Of a stretch of DNA of 51,397 nucleotides, positions 38,090 to 47,751 are shown piece after piece. Origin of the DNA: a virus (Duplodnaviria > Caudoviricetes); IMG/VR virus record IMGVR_UViG_3300048588_000723, positions 1 through 51,397 of that record; one strand, written 5' to 3'. The stretch's first letter is position 1. Each line of letters starts with the position of its first letter. Under the pieces are notes generated by a model. The model made no database searches. It was not told the DNA's origin and saw only the letters and a list, made by a program, of their open reading frames with translations. The translations under genes and the position numbers were made by a program.

Positions 38090-39589
38090 TTATAAGTGAA
38101 CAAATTTGTCGTCATCTAAAAAATTGTCGTTTGATTCCATACTGTTTTTTCTTGGTTCTGTATAATCAATTGGAGTCACAGAATTATATGAAGGAGTGTC
38201 ATTCGATGGCAAAAACTTTGTCAGGTGACTAATGAATCGAAGTTTTTCTGTTCCAATAGGCCCATTCCTATGTTTTGCAAATATTATTTCAGCTACACCT
38301 CTAGCATCTTCTCCATTGTCATATTCAAATACATTGTAATATTCCGGACGATGTATAAAAGCAACGATATCGGCATCCTGTTCAATGGCTCCAGATTCAC
38401 GTAAATCTGAAAGCTGAGGTCGTTTATCTCCTCCCCTAGTTTCAACTGCACGACTTAACTGTGATAATGCAATTATAGGTATTTCTAATTCTTTGGCAAG
38501 TGATTTTAATCCTCTACTTATTGAGGATATCACTTGCTCACGATTTTCTTTTATACTATTATTTTTAACACCTTCCATCAATTGCAAGTAATCAACAATG
38601 ATATAACCAATACCCTTTTCTCTTTTCAGTTTCCGAGCTTTACTCCTTAATTCAGTGATAGAAATGCTTGGAGTGTCATCTAAGTATAAAGGTGAGTTGA
38701 TTAATTTGATACAATTATTTTGTATGTATGTTAATTGCTCGTTTGCAATTCCTCTTCTTGTAAAATCTGAAATAGAGGTATCGCTTTCTAATGCAAAAAT
38801 TCGTGTTGCAATTTGTCGGGAAGACATCTCTAATGAAAATATAACCCCTGGTATTTTAAAGTCAACAGATGCATTCCGAGCGAAATTACAAACCAGTGAT
38901 GTTTTACCCATTGCCGGACGAGCAGCTATAATAATTAAATCGGGTGATTGCCAACCTGCAGTTATCCTGTCAATGTTTGGATATCCCGAAGGAACACCTG
39001 AAATTCCTTTTTTTGTTAAAAGCACTTCATTGTGTGCCATCACTTCATTCCACATAGTTGCAATTGACTGAACCTTGCCAATTGCAACATCTTTTGTTAT
39101 AGCCGTTAATCCCTTTTCTAACGACTCTAAAACATCAAAGCAATCTGCATGGTCAGAATAGGCTTCCTGCATCACTTCTGTGCTTAATCGAATCAATTCC
39201 CTCTGAATAAATTTTTGTTGAATAATACGAGCATGGTACTCAGCTTGATTTGATTCTCGATTTGTGAGCTGAGTAATATACCAAGGACCTCCAACCAAAT
39301 CTAGCTTTTCAGTTCTTTTTAATTCCTGAGTTACACTAAGTATGTCAGGCGTGATACTTTTTTTATATAAATTTATTATTGCACTATAAATTAACTCATG
39401 TGTTTCTTTGTAGAACGATTCTGGCTTAAGTATATCTGCAATAACGTGAACAGATTCGAGGTTCAGCATTAATGACCCAAGCACAGCCTCTTCCAAATCA
39501 ATTGCTTGAGGAGGAAGCTTAACATCTAAAGAAGGTCGAGCTAATTGAGAGGATTTATTCTTTTTATTATATTTATTTACTTCATTCAT
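38090..39589 (-). CDS. dnaB: Replicative DNA helicase
   Basis: PPQAIDLEEAVLG, AARPAMGKT, IVDYLQL, LSQLSR and DLRESGAIEQDAD. Confidence 0.97.
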   Translation of the reverse strand: MNEVNKYNKKNKSSQLARPSLDVKLPPQAIDLEEAVLGSLMLNLESVHVIADILKPESFYKETHELIYSAIINLYKKSITPDILSVTQELKRTEKLDLVGGPWYITQLTNRESNQAEYHARIIQQKFIQRELIRLSTEVMQEAYSDHADCFDVLESLEKGLTAITKDVAIGKVQSIATMWNEVMAHNEVLLTKKGISGVPSGYPNIDRITAGWQSPDLIIIAARPAMGKTSLVCNFARNASVDFKIPGVIFSLEMSSRQIATRIFALESDTSISDFTRRGIANEQLTYIQNNCIKLINSPLYLDDTPSISITELRSKARKLKREKGIGYIIVDYLQLMEGVKNNSIKENREQVISSISRGLKSLAKELEIPIIALSQLSRAVETRGGDKRPQLSDLRESGAIEQDADIVAFIHRPEYYNVFEYDNGEDARGVAEIIFAKHRNGPIGTEKLRFISHLTKFLPSNDTPSYNSVTPIDYTEPRKNSMESNDNFLDDDKFVHL

Positions 39590-40260
39590 TTTAATTCAAA
39601 TGGCCTAGGTGCTGATGTTGTTGTAGTTTTATTAGCTTCTTTTTGGCCTCCTTTATATACAGGCTTATCTAATTCTTTGGCAGTTTTCTTTAATGAATTT
39701 TGAATATGATTCTCGTCAGTGAACTTGTATCCAGCATAGTCAGAATCCATTTGATTCAGCAATTTTGTTAAATCAATTGCCTTGTTTTTCATTCTCCAAA
39801 GATTTAAAAACTCAGGCATATTCTCTTTTATGTAATCAGAGATATTGGCTTTATAGCGAGTTAATCCAATGTAGAAAAATTCCTTTGCTGCCTCAGTTAA
39901 TAATGGTCTTGGTTGGATTTCAGTAATTTGTTTTTCGCCATTCCATCTTTTTGCATTCCCAGCTAATCCCGATTTTCTTCTTTTTTCTCTGTTTGCAATT
40001 TGTTCTTCCCGGATCAGTTCTAATCGTTTATTTCTCAACAAGCCGTCTTCTCCTTTTGGAAATTTATCAATGATAAATTCGATTGTTTCAACCTCACATC
40101 TTGCAATGCCAGCTAGCTTATCTTTATTCGTTGGCACCATTCCTTTGTCCCATTGATATAGCAACAGAAGTATATATGCTCCAACCTGCTCTGCTGACAT
40201 GTGCATAGTACCTACCAAAAAATCTTGTACGTATAATTGAAATGCAGGTGATTTATTCAT
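39586..40260 (-). CDS. YdaU/DUF1376-family putative replication initiator
   Basis: PAFQLYVQDFL...MSAEQVGAYILLL; immediately upstream of dnaB. Confidence 0.8.
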   Translation of the reverse strand: MNKSPAFQLYVQDFLVGTMHMSAEQVGAYILLLLYQWDKGMVPTNKDKLAGIARCEVETIEFIIDKFPKGEDGLLRNKRLELIREEQIANREKRRKSGLAGNAKRWNGEKQITEIQPRPLLTEAAKEFFYIGLTRYKANISDYIKENMPEFLNLWRMKNKAIDLTKLLNQMDSDYAGYKFTDENHIQNSLKKTAKELDKPVYKGGQKEANKTTTTSAPRPFELK

Positions 40261-41024
40261 AAATTAATTGTAGATATTTTAAGCGTTTGTAAATTCAGGA
40301 ATGCTCCCTGATAATCTAATTTTCCTTCCCGGAACATCTTCCATAATGTCCCCATTGCCAACTGCACTAATGTTGAGTTGATAAATAAATCCTGCTTTGA
40401 TAATGCTTCAGCAAGTGAACAGCTCGGAGTGTTCGTGTCTTCCTTTTGTTTTTTTAGTCCAGGAAATAATTGAAATAGGTCTTGCAAAATAGCAGCAGTT
40501 TTATGTTTGCTCTTTGGTTGTTGCTGGATATAAACAGTGCTTATAACGAATTGTCCGGAGTGCTGAGTGTTTCCAATATCCATCCAATAGTAAGGCTTTT
40601 CAAATGGCTCTGCATTTGTTTTTGTATCATGTATGCACTCATCAATAAGTATTCTGGAAGCAATTGTATCAACACAACTGATGGTGATGTTTGCATGTCG
40701 ATTAAGAGCCTTCAGATTATATCTTATAGGCATTGCATCCCATGAAGTCCCAAAGAATCTATTTAATCTAGTAATCAATACAACAGCTTTATTAACTCCC
40801 AAATCAGCAGGAGAAAACAATTGTCTTCCAAGATTTGCTTCTGTAACTATATCATCATCAAAGCAAGTAACATGCAATCCTAAGTGGCCAAGTTTCTTTA
40901 ATGATTGGTCTATGCGAGCCAACTGTGTTAATACCTGACTACCATTTCCTCCTGCGCCAATAACATTCACAGTGATTGGATGAACTGGGTTAAGTAAATA
41001 TTCGTGTACAAAATGTATTTTCAT
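40257..41024 (-). CDS. PRTRC system ThiF/E1-like enzyme
   Basis: GAGGNGS, DDDIVTEANLGRQ, CVD and PSCSLAEAL. Confidence 0.92.
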   Translation of the reverse strand: MKIHFVHEYLLNPVHPITVNVIGAGGNGSQVLTQLARIDQSLKKLGHLGLHVTCFDDDIVTEANLGRQLFSPADLGVNKAVVLITRLNRFFGTSWDAMPIRYNLKALNRHANITISCVDTIASRILIDECIHDTKTNAEPFEKPYYWMDIGNTQHSGQFVISTVYIQQQPKSKHKTAAILQDLFQLFPGLKKQKEDTNTPSCSLAEALSKQDLFINSTLVQLAMGTLWKMFREGKLDYQGAFLNLQTLKISTINL

Positions 41025-41237
41025 AATATATTACTTCAGTTTAACAACAAATGAATTAAATCCGCTTGCAATAAAAGTTCCTTCAGTTAGTGACAATTGA
41101 TTCAGTTCAAATAAATCATCTTTCATAAGTTTATTGGTTAACATTGATTTCAAATAGCTTTTTTCAACAGGTGTTGTGCCACACCATCCCTATTGATTTG
41201 ACTTATAAATATTAGTTCGTGAGCCTTTTTTTTCATT

Positions 41238-41957
41238 CTACTTGGTAATTGAGTTGATAAATCCATTAACTGTTTTGTATTTGCTGAGTACAAATGCATC
41301 TTTAAAAAACACTTGATTTGTACCAACATTTCTCTTTAAAATAACGGATAGGTTATACTTCTTCTGAACCACATTTGTATCTATTAGATGCGTGAACTCC
41401 GAGCCAAAATACCTACGCTCCCATCGCTTCATTTCTTCCTGAATAGTAGGTAATCTTTTTGCTTCAGTAGTGTTTCCCATGCAAACTTCGCCATCTTCGT
41501 ATTGATTGAAAAAAGGAGCTTTGTATAACTTTGATTTTTCTGTTGGTCGTGTGTTTTTCTCCAGGGCAAATACATACAAGTTTTTCTTTACAACTGCAAA
41601 TAGCATAGGAGGACACACGATTGTTCCGGATTTTAATTTCAATTGTTTGTTGAAGTGCAGCATCCTTTTTTGTGAAGGAATAAACCACATCAATGTTGTA
41701 TTGGCATATTCCTGTTTCAAATAAATCAAATTGTCAGGAAGAACACCTTTTGATTGCATGGGTTCAAATTGCTTTTCTCCAAGGGCTTTTGCTACCCCAA
41801 TTAAAGAATCTGATGTCAATGGCTTTCCTTCCGTCCACTTATATTTATCACCGTCCTTCAGTATAGCATGTGATTCTAAATAATAATCAGAGCCTTTTTT
41901 ATATACAATGATTGCTTGTACAGGATCAAAAGGAAGTATCGTCTCTTCTACTATCAT
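41238..41957 (-). CDS. PRTRC system protein B (prokaryotic E2 family D-like)
   Basis: LYKAPFFNQYEDGEVCMG and FGSEFTH. Confidence 0.88.
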   Translation of the reverse strand: MIVEETILPFDPVQAIIVYKKGSDYYLESHAILKDGDKYKWTEGKPLTSDSLIGVAKALGEKQFEPMQSKGVLPDNLIYLKQEYANTTLMWFIPSQKRMLHFNKQLKLKSGTIVCPPMLFAVVKKNLYVFALEKNTRPTEKSKLYKAPFFNQYEDGEVCMGNTTEAKRLPTIQEEMKRWERRYFGSEFTHLIDTNVVQKKYNLSVILKRNVGTNQVFFKDAFVLSKYKTVNGFINSITK

Positions 41958-43101
41958 AATGATTTTTATATTTTAAATTGTAATACTGAAAGTACATCGC
42001 TCTTCCTTCTTTCATAAACTCTTTTAGAGCTTTTAATGGCGCTATTGGTTCAGGCTGAATATGTTCGTTTTGATTAAATTCGCCAACTTCATAAGGCGCC
42101 ATTACTCCTAATTGGCCAGCTGTATCATTTTGCCACTCTTCAATTTTCTCGAATACTTTATCATAAAAAGAGTGAACAAATGAGTAATAATCAGATGGAA
42201 TAATTGGTGTTCCATCATTATTTTCCGGGTCGTCAGGATTAAAATTGAATCGATATAAATTAAATGGTTGCTCTAAAATAGGTATAGCTAATTTTAGCCA
42301 GTTGTGATGTATGCGCTGCTTTAGGCTTCTTGGCTTGTATTCATTTATTTTTTTGATGCAATCTGCCTCTGAAATTTCTCTGCCATACTTAAAAATAAAT
42401 TGCAACAATTGCCTCCATTGTCCATTGTGTTTATATTTTGCTACATCTATTTCAAACCAATGGTTCCATTCTTCATCATCTGATTCCTCCAATGGCAATT
42501 CGTGGACTATCATATCTTCGAATTGACTTCCAGTTGAAATGCTATGATTCAAAATCATCCTTCCGAGTGTACACAATGTTAGTTCGTAAAGCTCCACGTT
42601 CCATTTTTGTAAATCAGGCAGCCATTCGAGCGGCATGGTGTATAATCCTTCAAGTTCTGGATATTCTGTAAAATATTTTATTACATACCTGTCTGAATTG
42701 AAATCCATATAAATACACCAGTCATTATCTCCGGCAGCTTTCTTTACCTCTGAAAATAACCAATCTGCAATTTCATCAATAGTAGTAGAGCTGTTCCAGT
42801 CTGTTCTATCAACAAAAGTTGGCGCATTTCTTAAACAGTGATAAATATCAATCAATGTATCGTGGCCAGTAAATTGTTTTCTGAACTGATATTGAATGCC
42901 GTCTTTGAATGCACTCACCTTTTTAAGCTCAACACCTATAAAAGAGGGCAAAGCATTTCCGGAGGAGGAAGTTGTAAGTTTCCTTCTTTTTCCTCCTGAA
43001 ATTCCGTATTCAGATATTCTTTTCTGTTGATGAGAGAATCTCTGAATGCTTTTGCCAGATTTTGGTGCAGGTCTACGTTGTATTTTGGTTGTGTGTCGCA
43101 T
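41926..43101 (-). CDS. PRTRC system protein F-like
   Basis: Lies between C and B as in PRTRC cassettes; the sequence itself was not recognised. Confidence 0.6.
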   Translation of the reverse strand: MRHTTKIQRRPAPKSGKSIQRFSHQQKRISEYGISGGKRRKLTTSSSGNALPSFIGVELKKVSAFKDGIQYQFRKQFTGHDTLIDIYHCLRNAPTFVDRTDWNSSTTIDEIADWLFSEVKKAAGDNDWCIYMDFNSDRYVIKYFTEYPELEGLYTMPLEWLPDLQKWNVELYELTLCTLGRMILNHSISTGSQFEDMIVHELPLEESDDEEWNHWFEIDVAKYKHNGQWRQLLQFIFKYGREISEADCIKKINEYKPRSLKQRIHHNWLKLAIPILEQPFNLYRFNFNPDDPENNDGTPIIPSDYYSFVHSFYDKVFEKIEEWQNDTAGQLGVMAPYEVGEFNQNEHIQPEPIAPLKALKEFMKEGRAMYFQYYNLKYKNHYDSRRDDTSF

Positions 43102-43139
43102 TCGTTTTTCAGCCTTTTTAAAAGAGCCATTGTTTTCAT

Positions 43140-43361
43140 TTATCCTTTTGTTCCGATAACAGATTTAAATTCGTACACAGCTGCATCGTCTTTCATTTTC
43201 GGACCACTTACTGATGCAGTAATAAGTTGTGGATATTCTCCACTATAATGATTGATTACCTCCTGAATAGACATTTTTGGATTTGGATCCGGTAAGTCTA
43301 TTTTTTTACTATCCACTTGAATGGTGAATTTTCTTTTTGCAACATTTACTTGTAATGCCAT
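43140..43361 (-). CDS. PRTRC system protein C (ubiquitin-like)
   Basis: LPDPNPKMSIQEV...YPQLITASVSGP...GTKG with C-terminal Gly. Confidence 0.92.
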   Translation of the reverse strand: MALQVNVAKRKFTIQVDSKKIDLPDPNPKMSIQEVINHYSGEYPQLITASVSGPKMKDDAAVYEFKSVIGTKG

Positions 43362-43390
43362 TTATTGTTTCCTCCTATTTTAATTAATGA

Positions 43391-43993
43391 TTATAAACTC
43401 TCCACTGCTTTCACCCATTTAACAGCTTTCTCGTATTCTGTTTTTGCTGTTGCATCATCCGGGAATAAATCCAATGCTTCTTTGAAAGCATTTTCTGCAT
43501 CCTTGTATTTGCGCTCATCAAATAATTTTTTGCCAGTGGCCATTGAGTGCTTAAATACTGTTTTTTTGTTTTCAGTTTCTGCATCTACTGAAGGTGCATG
43601 GCTTCCTTCTTTCTTTTCTGTTTCTATTTTTTCTACTTCCGGCTTTGCACCTGCCTTCTTTTCCTCTTTTTTATTAGCAGCTTTTTTATCCGCTTTTTTT
43701 GCATCTGCCTTCTTTGATGCTGTTTTGTCGTCATCGCTTCCTTCTTCTTCCTCTTCCGTTTCAGGAGCATCACTTACTTCAGCAGTGAACTTTTTTTCCT
43801 GATTAGGAATAGATTTGATTTGATTTAAAAATTCAGCATCAAATTCAGCAGCTGTACCACTCATGTTAATGTGCTTTCCTTCATGCACAACAAGAGCTGT
43901 TAAATCCTCACCAACTTTTGTAACGGTGATTCTGATTGATTGTTTGTCTTGCAACACTATGGCTGCTAATTCTTGAAAAAAAGTTGTTTCCAT
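43391..43993 (-). CDS. PRTRC system protein E with C-terminal TPR-like helices
   Basis: FFQEL...GTAAEFDAEF, charged linker, then KYKDAENAFKEALDLFPDD. Confidence 0.8.
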   Translation of the reverse strand: METTFFQELAAIVLQDKQSIRITVTKVGEDLTALVVHEGKHINMSGTAAEFDAEFLNQIKSIPNQEKKFTAEVSDAPETEEEEEGSDDDKTASKKADAKKADKKAANKKEEKKAGAKPEVEKIETEKKEGSHAPSVDAETENKKTVFKHSMATGKKLFDERKYKDAENAFKEALDLFPDDATAKTEYEKAVKWVKAVESL

Positions 43994-44013
43994 TTTGATT
44001 GGTTTTTAATTAA

Positions 44014-44391
44014 TTAATTGTTTTGAGTTGTATGTGAGCTATGATTGCCTTTTGAATTTTCAATGTCTATTTTCTTTGCTAACTCTTCTAATATTTTTGT
44101 TGTATTCAGAAAAGTATTCCCGTTGACATCAGTAAAATGAGTGAACATGTTCACAGTATCAGATACTTTTTTATTCCATGCTTGTTTATCCCCTTGAAAA
44201 TCCTCTTCAAGTTTGGCTTTAATTCTTAAAAAATCACCTTCAAATTTTGCGCAAGAATATGTAGTATCTACCTTCAACAAATATTCGCTGAAGCCTGGAG
44301 TGTGCAAAACAATTGATGCAGCAATATCGTATTCTTTACAAATTGCTTTGATGCGCTCCATGGCTGTTTTTAATTTTGGACTGTATTTCAT
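44014..44391 (-). CDS. Hypothetical protein
   Basis: ORF track. Confidence 0.65.
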   Translation of the reverse strand: MKYSPKLKTAMERIKAICKEYDIAASIVLHTPGFSEYLLKVDTTYSCAKFEGDFLRIKAKLEEDFQGDKQAWNKKVSDTVNMFTHFTDVNGNTFLNTTKILEELAKKIDIENSKGNHSSHTTQNN

Positions 44392-44394
44392 GTT

Positions 44395-45561
44395 TTATTT
44401 TTTAGTGAATGTTACGTTAGTTAATTGCTTTCCATTGTTCCAAATGGACATTAGACCTTTTTCTGTGGTTTGTATTTTCATTGTTTCAATCTTTCCGAAG
44501 AAGTTTATGTTACCTCCCATATCAACCACCCATCCAATTTTTTTAGTTCCATCAGGATAAGTAAATGGCCTCATAACACGTCCTACAATTTGATAATACA
44601 ATGCCAGTGACATAGTTGATCGAGCTATCAATACAGCTTCTAATTCAGGATAATCAAAACCGGTTGTGAGTACTCCCACATTTATGACACATCTTATTTT
44701 GCCTGACTTGAATTGCATTAAAATTCGTTCTCTAACTTTTGCATCCGTTTCTCCAGTTAATACAACTGATCCTGGTATTCCTTTTGAAACTTCGTTTGCT
44801 TCCGATATCAGTGTGCAGAAAACAAGTATGTTATTTCGCTTTTGCAGAATTCTATTTGCATAACCAATGGTGCGCTGAGGCATATTGATTTGTCGGTAAT
44901 AGCTTTTCAAACTTGCATCTGTAAAATCAGTTCCATTAGAATTTGTTTGAAGCATACTTCTGTCCACTACGTTGAAGTTATAATACTCTAGTTGGGCTAA
45001 GTGTCCAGCATTGAAAAGAACATCGTTCTGAATGTGATATATGCACTTATTAAAGATTCTGGGATTCGTTCTGTTGATGAATTTTAATTGCGCTCCATCA
45101 AATCCTGTTGTTAAGCGATAAGGTGTTGCTGTCAATCCTAAGACTTTTGCATCCGGAAGAGAGTGAATAAAATCGTGATACATTCCTCCATTTGCATTTA
45201 CTAAATGGCATTCATCAATAATAATGTTTTTTACATCTCGGAATAAGTGATGTTTTTTTGCAACACTACCAATCGTTGCGAATGTAATTTTATCAATGAA
45301 TTTACTTCCGGCAGATGCTGAATACACTCCTGCACGATATCCGTAAGACATAAACTTTTTTAAGTTCTGTTCCAATATTTCTTTGGATGGTTGGAAAACA
45401 ATTGTTTTAGAATCCAAACTCATTGCCGTGTTTGCAATCACAACACTTTTTCCTGATCCTGTTGGAAGAATCTCAAAAGCATTGTGATTGCCCTTACCTT
45501 TAAAGTAAGCTACATTGGCATCAATTGCCTCAACTTGATATGTGCGTGGAGTGAAAATCAT
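44395..45561 (-). CDS. SF2 DExH helicase (RadD/YejH-like)
   Basis: LPTGSGKS, DECH, TATP, TGFDYP and QIVGRVMR. Confidence 0.92.
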   Translation of the reverse strand: MIFTPRTYQVEAIDANVAYFKGKGNHNAFEILPTGSGKSVVIANTAMSLDSKTIVFQPSKEILEQNLKKFMSYGYRAGVYSASAGSKFIDKITFATIGSVAKKHHLFRDVKNIIIDECHLVNANGGMYHDFIHSLPDAKVLGLTATPYRLTTGFDGAQLKFINRTNPRIFNKCIYHIQNDVLFNAGHLAQLEYYNFNVVDRSMLQTNSNGTDFTDASLKSYYRQINMPQRTIGYANRILQKRNNILVFCTLISEANEVSKGIPGSVVLTGETDAKVRERILMQFKSGKIRCVINVGVLTTGFDYPELEAVLIARSTMSLALYYQIVGRVMRPFTYPDGTKKIGWVVDMGGNINFFGKIETMKIQTTEKGLMSIWNNGKQLTNVTFTKK

Positions 45562-46146
45562 TTACTGTTTTGCGTTTTCAAATTCGTCTGCTTGGTCTAC
45601 TAGGCTTAGTTGGTCTGGATCGTTTGTTGTCTCCACTTCAACTGGAGTGCATTTGCCGTTTCTGTATTCTTCCACTTCAGCAATGCATTTGTTTGATTCT
45701 TCTAGTAACTCATTGTACCATTTATAGGATGTACCAGGCTCTAAAAGAATTTTTGGTGTTTTCATTTCAATGCGTCCACCAACATTGATGTGTTTGCTTC
45801 CAATTAAAATAATTTGTCTATTTTCTTCGGAACCTTTAATTTCAAAGCCTGTTACAATGTAGAGGTGGGCTTGATCGCTATTGTGATACTTATCGATGTT
45901 ATCTACATCAATAGATTTAAAAGCATCATCAATAGCTGCCATGTGAACATTTAACCGGGCAAATGCAATTTTTAAATCTTCATCAACAATACCACTTCCT
46001 TTTACATTGTGTTTGTCACCAATTCCTACACCGGAAAGGATAGCGAATGAATAGTGACAGAAATCGTCTTTGATTGCTGCTGCGGTGATTTCAATTGCTT
46101 TTGCTTCTGTAGCTTCAGTTTCTTTTTTGTTTTTTTTCTTTGCCAT
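45562..46146 (-). CDS. Hypothetical protein
   Basis: ORF track; abuts the helicase. Confidence 0.65.
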   Translation of the reverse strand: MAKKKNKKETEATEAKAIEITAAAIKDDFCHYSFAILSGVGIGDKHNVKGSGIVDEDLKIAFARLNVHMAAIDDAFKSIDVDNIDKYHNSDQAHLYIVTGFEIKGSEENRQIILIGSKHINVGGRIEMKTPKILLEPGTSYKWYNELLEESNKCIAEVEEYRNGKCTPVEVETTNDPDQLSLVDQADEFENAKQ

Positions 46147-46150
46147 TTTT

Positions 46151-46540
46151 TTAGTTATTAATTGTTAGGTACTCGTTGATAATATTCTGTGCCATTTCAT
46201 ATCCAATTGCAAATTCACACTTGAATCCTCTTCTTTGTAATTCAAGCTTTACTGCAAACTGCTCAGCCACATGGTCGGATATAGGTGTGGTGCCATCTTT
46301 CATAAGTAGCTTTTCTCCAGTCCGTTTTAATTCGATGAACAATCCTGCATACTCTCCTCTTTTTTCGATGATGAATAAATCAGGGAATCCATTATGAGAG
46401 CGTAATGTTTTTGCTTTTACTGCCATACCAACTGACAAACGTATTCCACTCATATCAGTATTAAACATTACTCCAGGGTGTACTTGTTTGAGCCACTTAC
46501 AAACTAGTGAATGCTCTTGTGCTTCAGTTAATTTACTCAT
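46151..46540 (-). CDS. VRR-NUC-like PD-(D/E)xK nuclease
   Basis: TEAQEH, GFPDLFI and LFIELK. Confidence 0.8.
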   Translation of the reverse strand: MSKLTEAQEHSLVCKWLKQVHPGVMFNTDMSGIRLSVGMAVKAKTLRSHNGFPDLFIIEKRGEYAGLFIELKRTGEKLLMKDGTTPISDHVAEQFAVKLELQRRGFKCEFAIGYEMAQNIINEYLTINN

Positions 46541-47130
46541 GCTGCAACCCTCCCGAATTTTATAATTTTATCGGCCCAGAAATCATTCATGTTATCACGA
46601 CAGTCTAATGGGATAAGAAAATTCTTTTTCAATGGTATGCTATGGATCATAAAATATCCATCATTCACTTTAGCCATTTTAGCATAGTGCCATACCTGAT
46701 TTTTATAACCCATGTATTCAATTAATCCATGTACATCTTTTGATTTGGTTACTTTCAAATCAAGCACACAATGTTTAGGAAGAAGAAAATCTAATCTTCC
46801 TGTTGTTGCCATAATAAATCCGTTGTGAACAATATCGGCTGTGTAACTTAATTGCTTTTTGAATTGAGGTAATACAGCCCCGAAAGTGTTTTTTATTTCC
46901 ACGGCAATGGCTCTTGCTGTTGGATATAATGGATCCAACATATTAACAGTTTCGGGGTCTGTGATTATCCCATCCACTAACTTACCAATAGTAATGTTTT
47001 CGGTAATGGTTAGTTCTTCTACAACTCCAAAGCGTTCACGCTTCAGAAATGAATGGCTGTATCCCGGTAGTTTTAAATAGTCCTCAAAAGGAATATTATC
47101 GTGTTGGATGATGTTTGTGTATTCAATCAT
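46537..47130 (-). CDS. RecE/exonuclease VIII-like PD-(D/E)xK nuclease
   Basis: YSHSFLK, GRLDFL, LDLKVT and GYKNQVWHY. Confidence 0.7.
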   Translation of the reverse strand: MIEYTNIIQHDNIPFEDYLKLPGYSHSFLKRERFGVVEELTITENITIGKLVDGIITDPETVNMLDPLYPTARAIAVEIKNTFGAVLPQFKKQLSYTADIVHNGFIMATTGRLDFLLPKHCVLDLKVTKSKDVHGLIEYMGYKNQVWHYAKMAKVNDGYFMIHSIPLKKNFLIPLDCRDNMNDFWADKIIKFGRVAA

Positions 47131-47132
47131 GG

Positions 47133-47576
47133 TTATAAATCAGATGAATTAGGAATGTTAGCACTTTCTTGAACAGCCGGTTTAGCTTCTGTGATTTCAA
47201 CTGATAAGTGAACACCTTTTACTTCAGAATTTATGTGCTTACCAATTGATTTAGCTACTAATAATTTCTTCCAATCCTTTTCAAGGAAGTCCTGATAAGC
47301 ATATTTTTTGTTGTTTTTAAATGTTACAACAAGCACTCGATTTATATTGTCAAACTCTGTCTTTTCAACATTGCTACTTTCTGGCCAGCATTTTTCATTT
47401 GGAACAATTTCATTGGAAGTGTTGTGATTAAAAATGCTATAAGAATTTTCAACAACAACTTGTAATACTTGGTCAGGAGTTTGGTCTGTTCTGCTTTCTG
47501 TTGTTATTATAGCAAGAGCCGCAAGCAGCAATTTGCCTTCAGGAATATTTGTGTTGATTTCTTCGATTGATTTCAT
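47133..47576 (-). CDS. KTSC-domain protein
   Basis: SSNV...LVVTFKNNKKYAY...AKSIGKHINSEVKG. Confidence 0.8.
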   Translation of the reverse strand: MKSIEEINTNIPEGKLLLAALAIITTESRTDQTPDQVLQVVVENSYSIFNHNTSNEIVPNEKCWPESSNVEKTEFDNINRVLVVTFKNNKKYAYQDFLEKDWKKLLVAKSIGKHINSEVKGVHLSVEITEAKPAVQESANIPNSSDL

Positions 47577-47751
47577 TTTAAATGGTATTTAATTACTTCA
47601 ATTTTATTCTCCATACACTCGATGGAGTCTTTTATTTTATTTATAATCTGAAGCCGCTTTTCCTTTTTTACATTTTGTAAGTGGCTTTCGGCTTTGTGCT
47701 TTTTAACAAGCAATCTTTTTGATACAAGGAGACCACAATGTGTTTTCGCCA

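Noticed and set aside
41031-41236. Remnant of PRTRC protein A (JAB) between B and ThiF
   Set aside because: Only two ~30-aa frames with no HxH...D JAB motif; may be a decayed small gene but cannot be supported.
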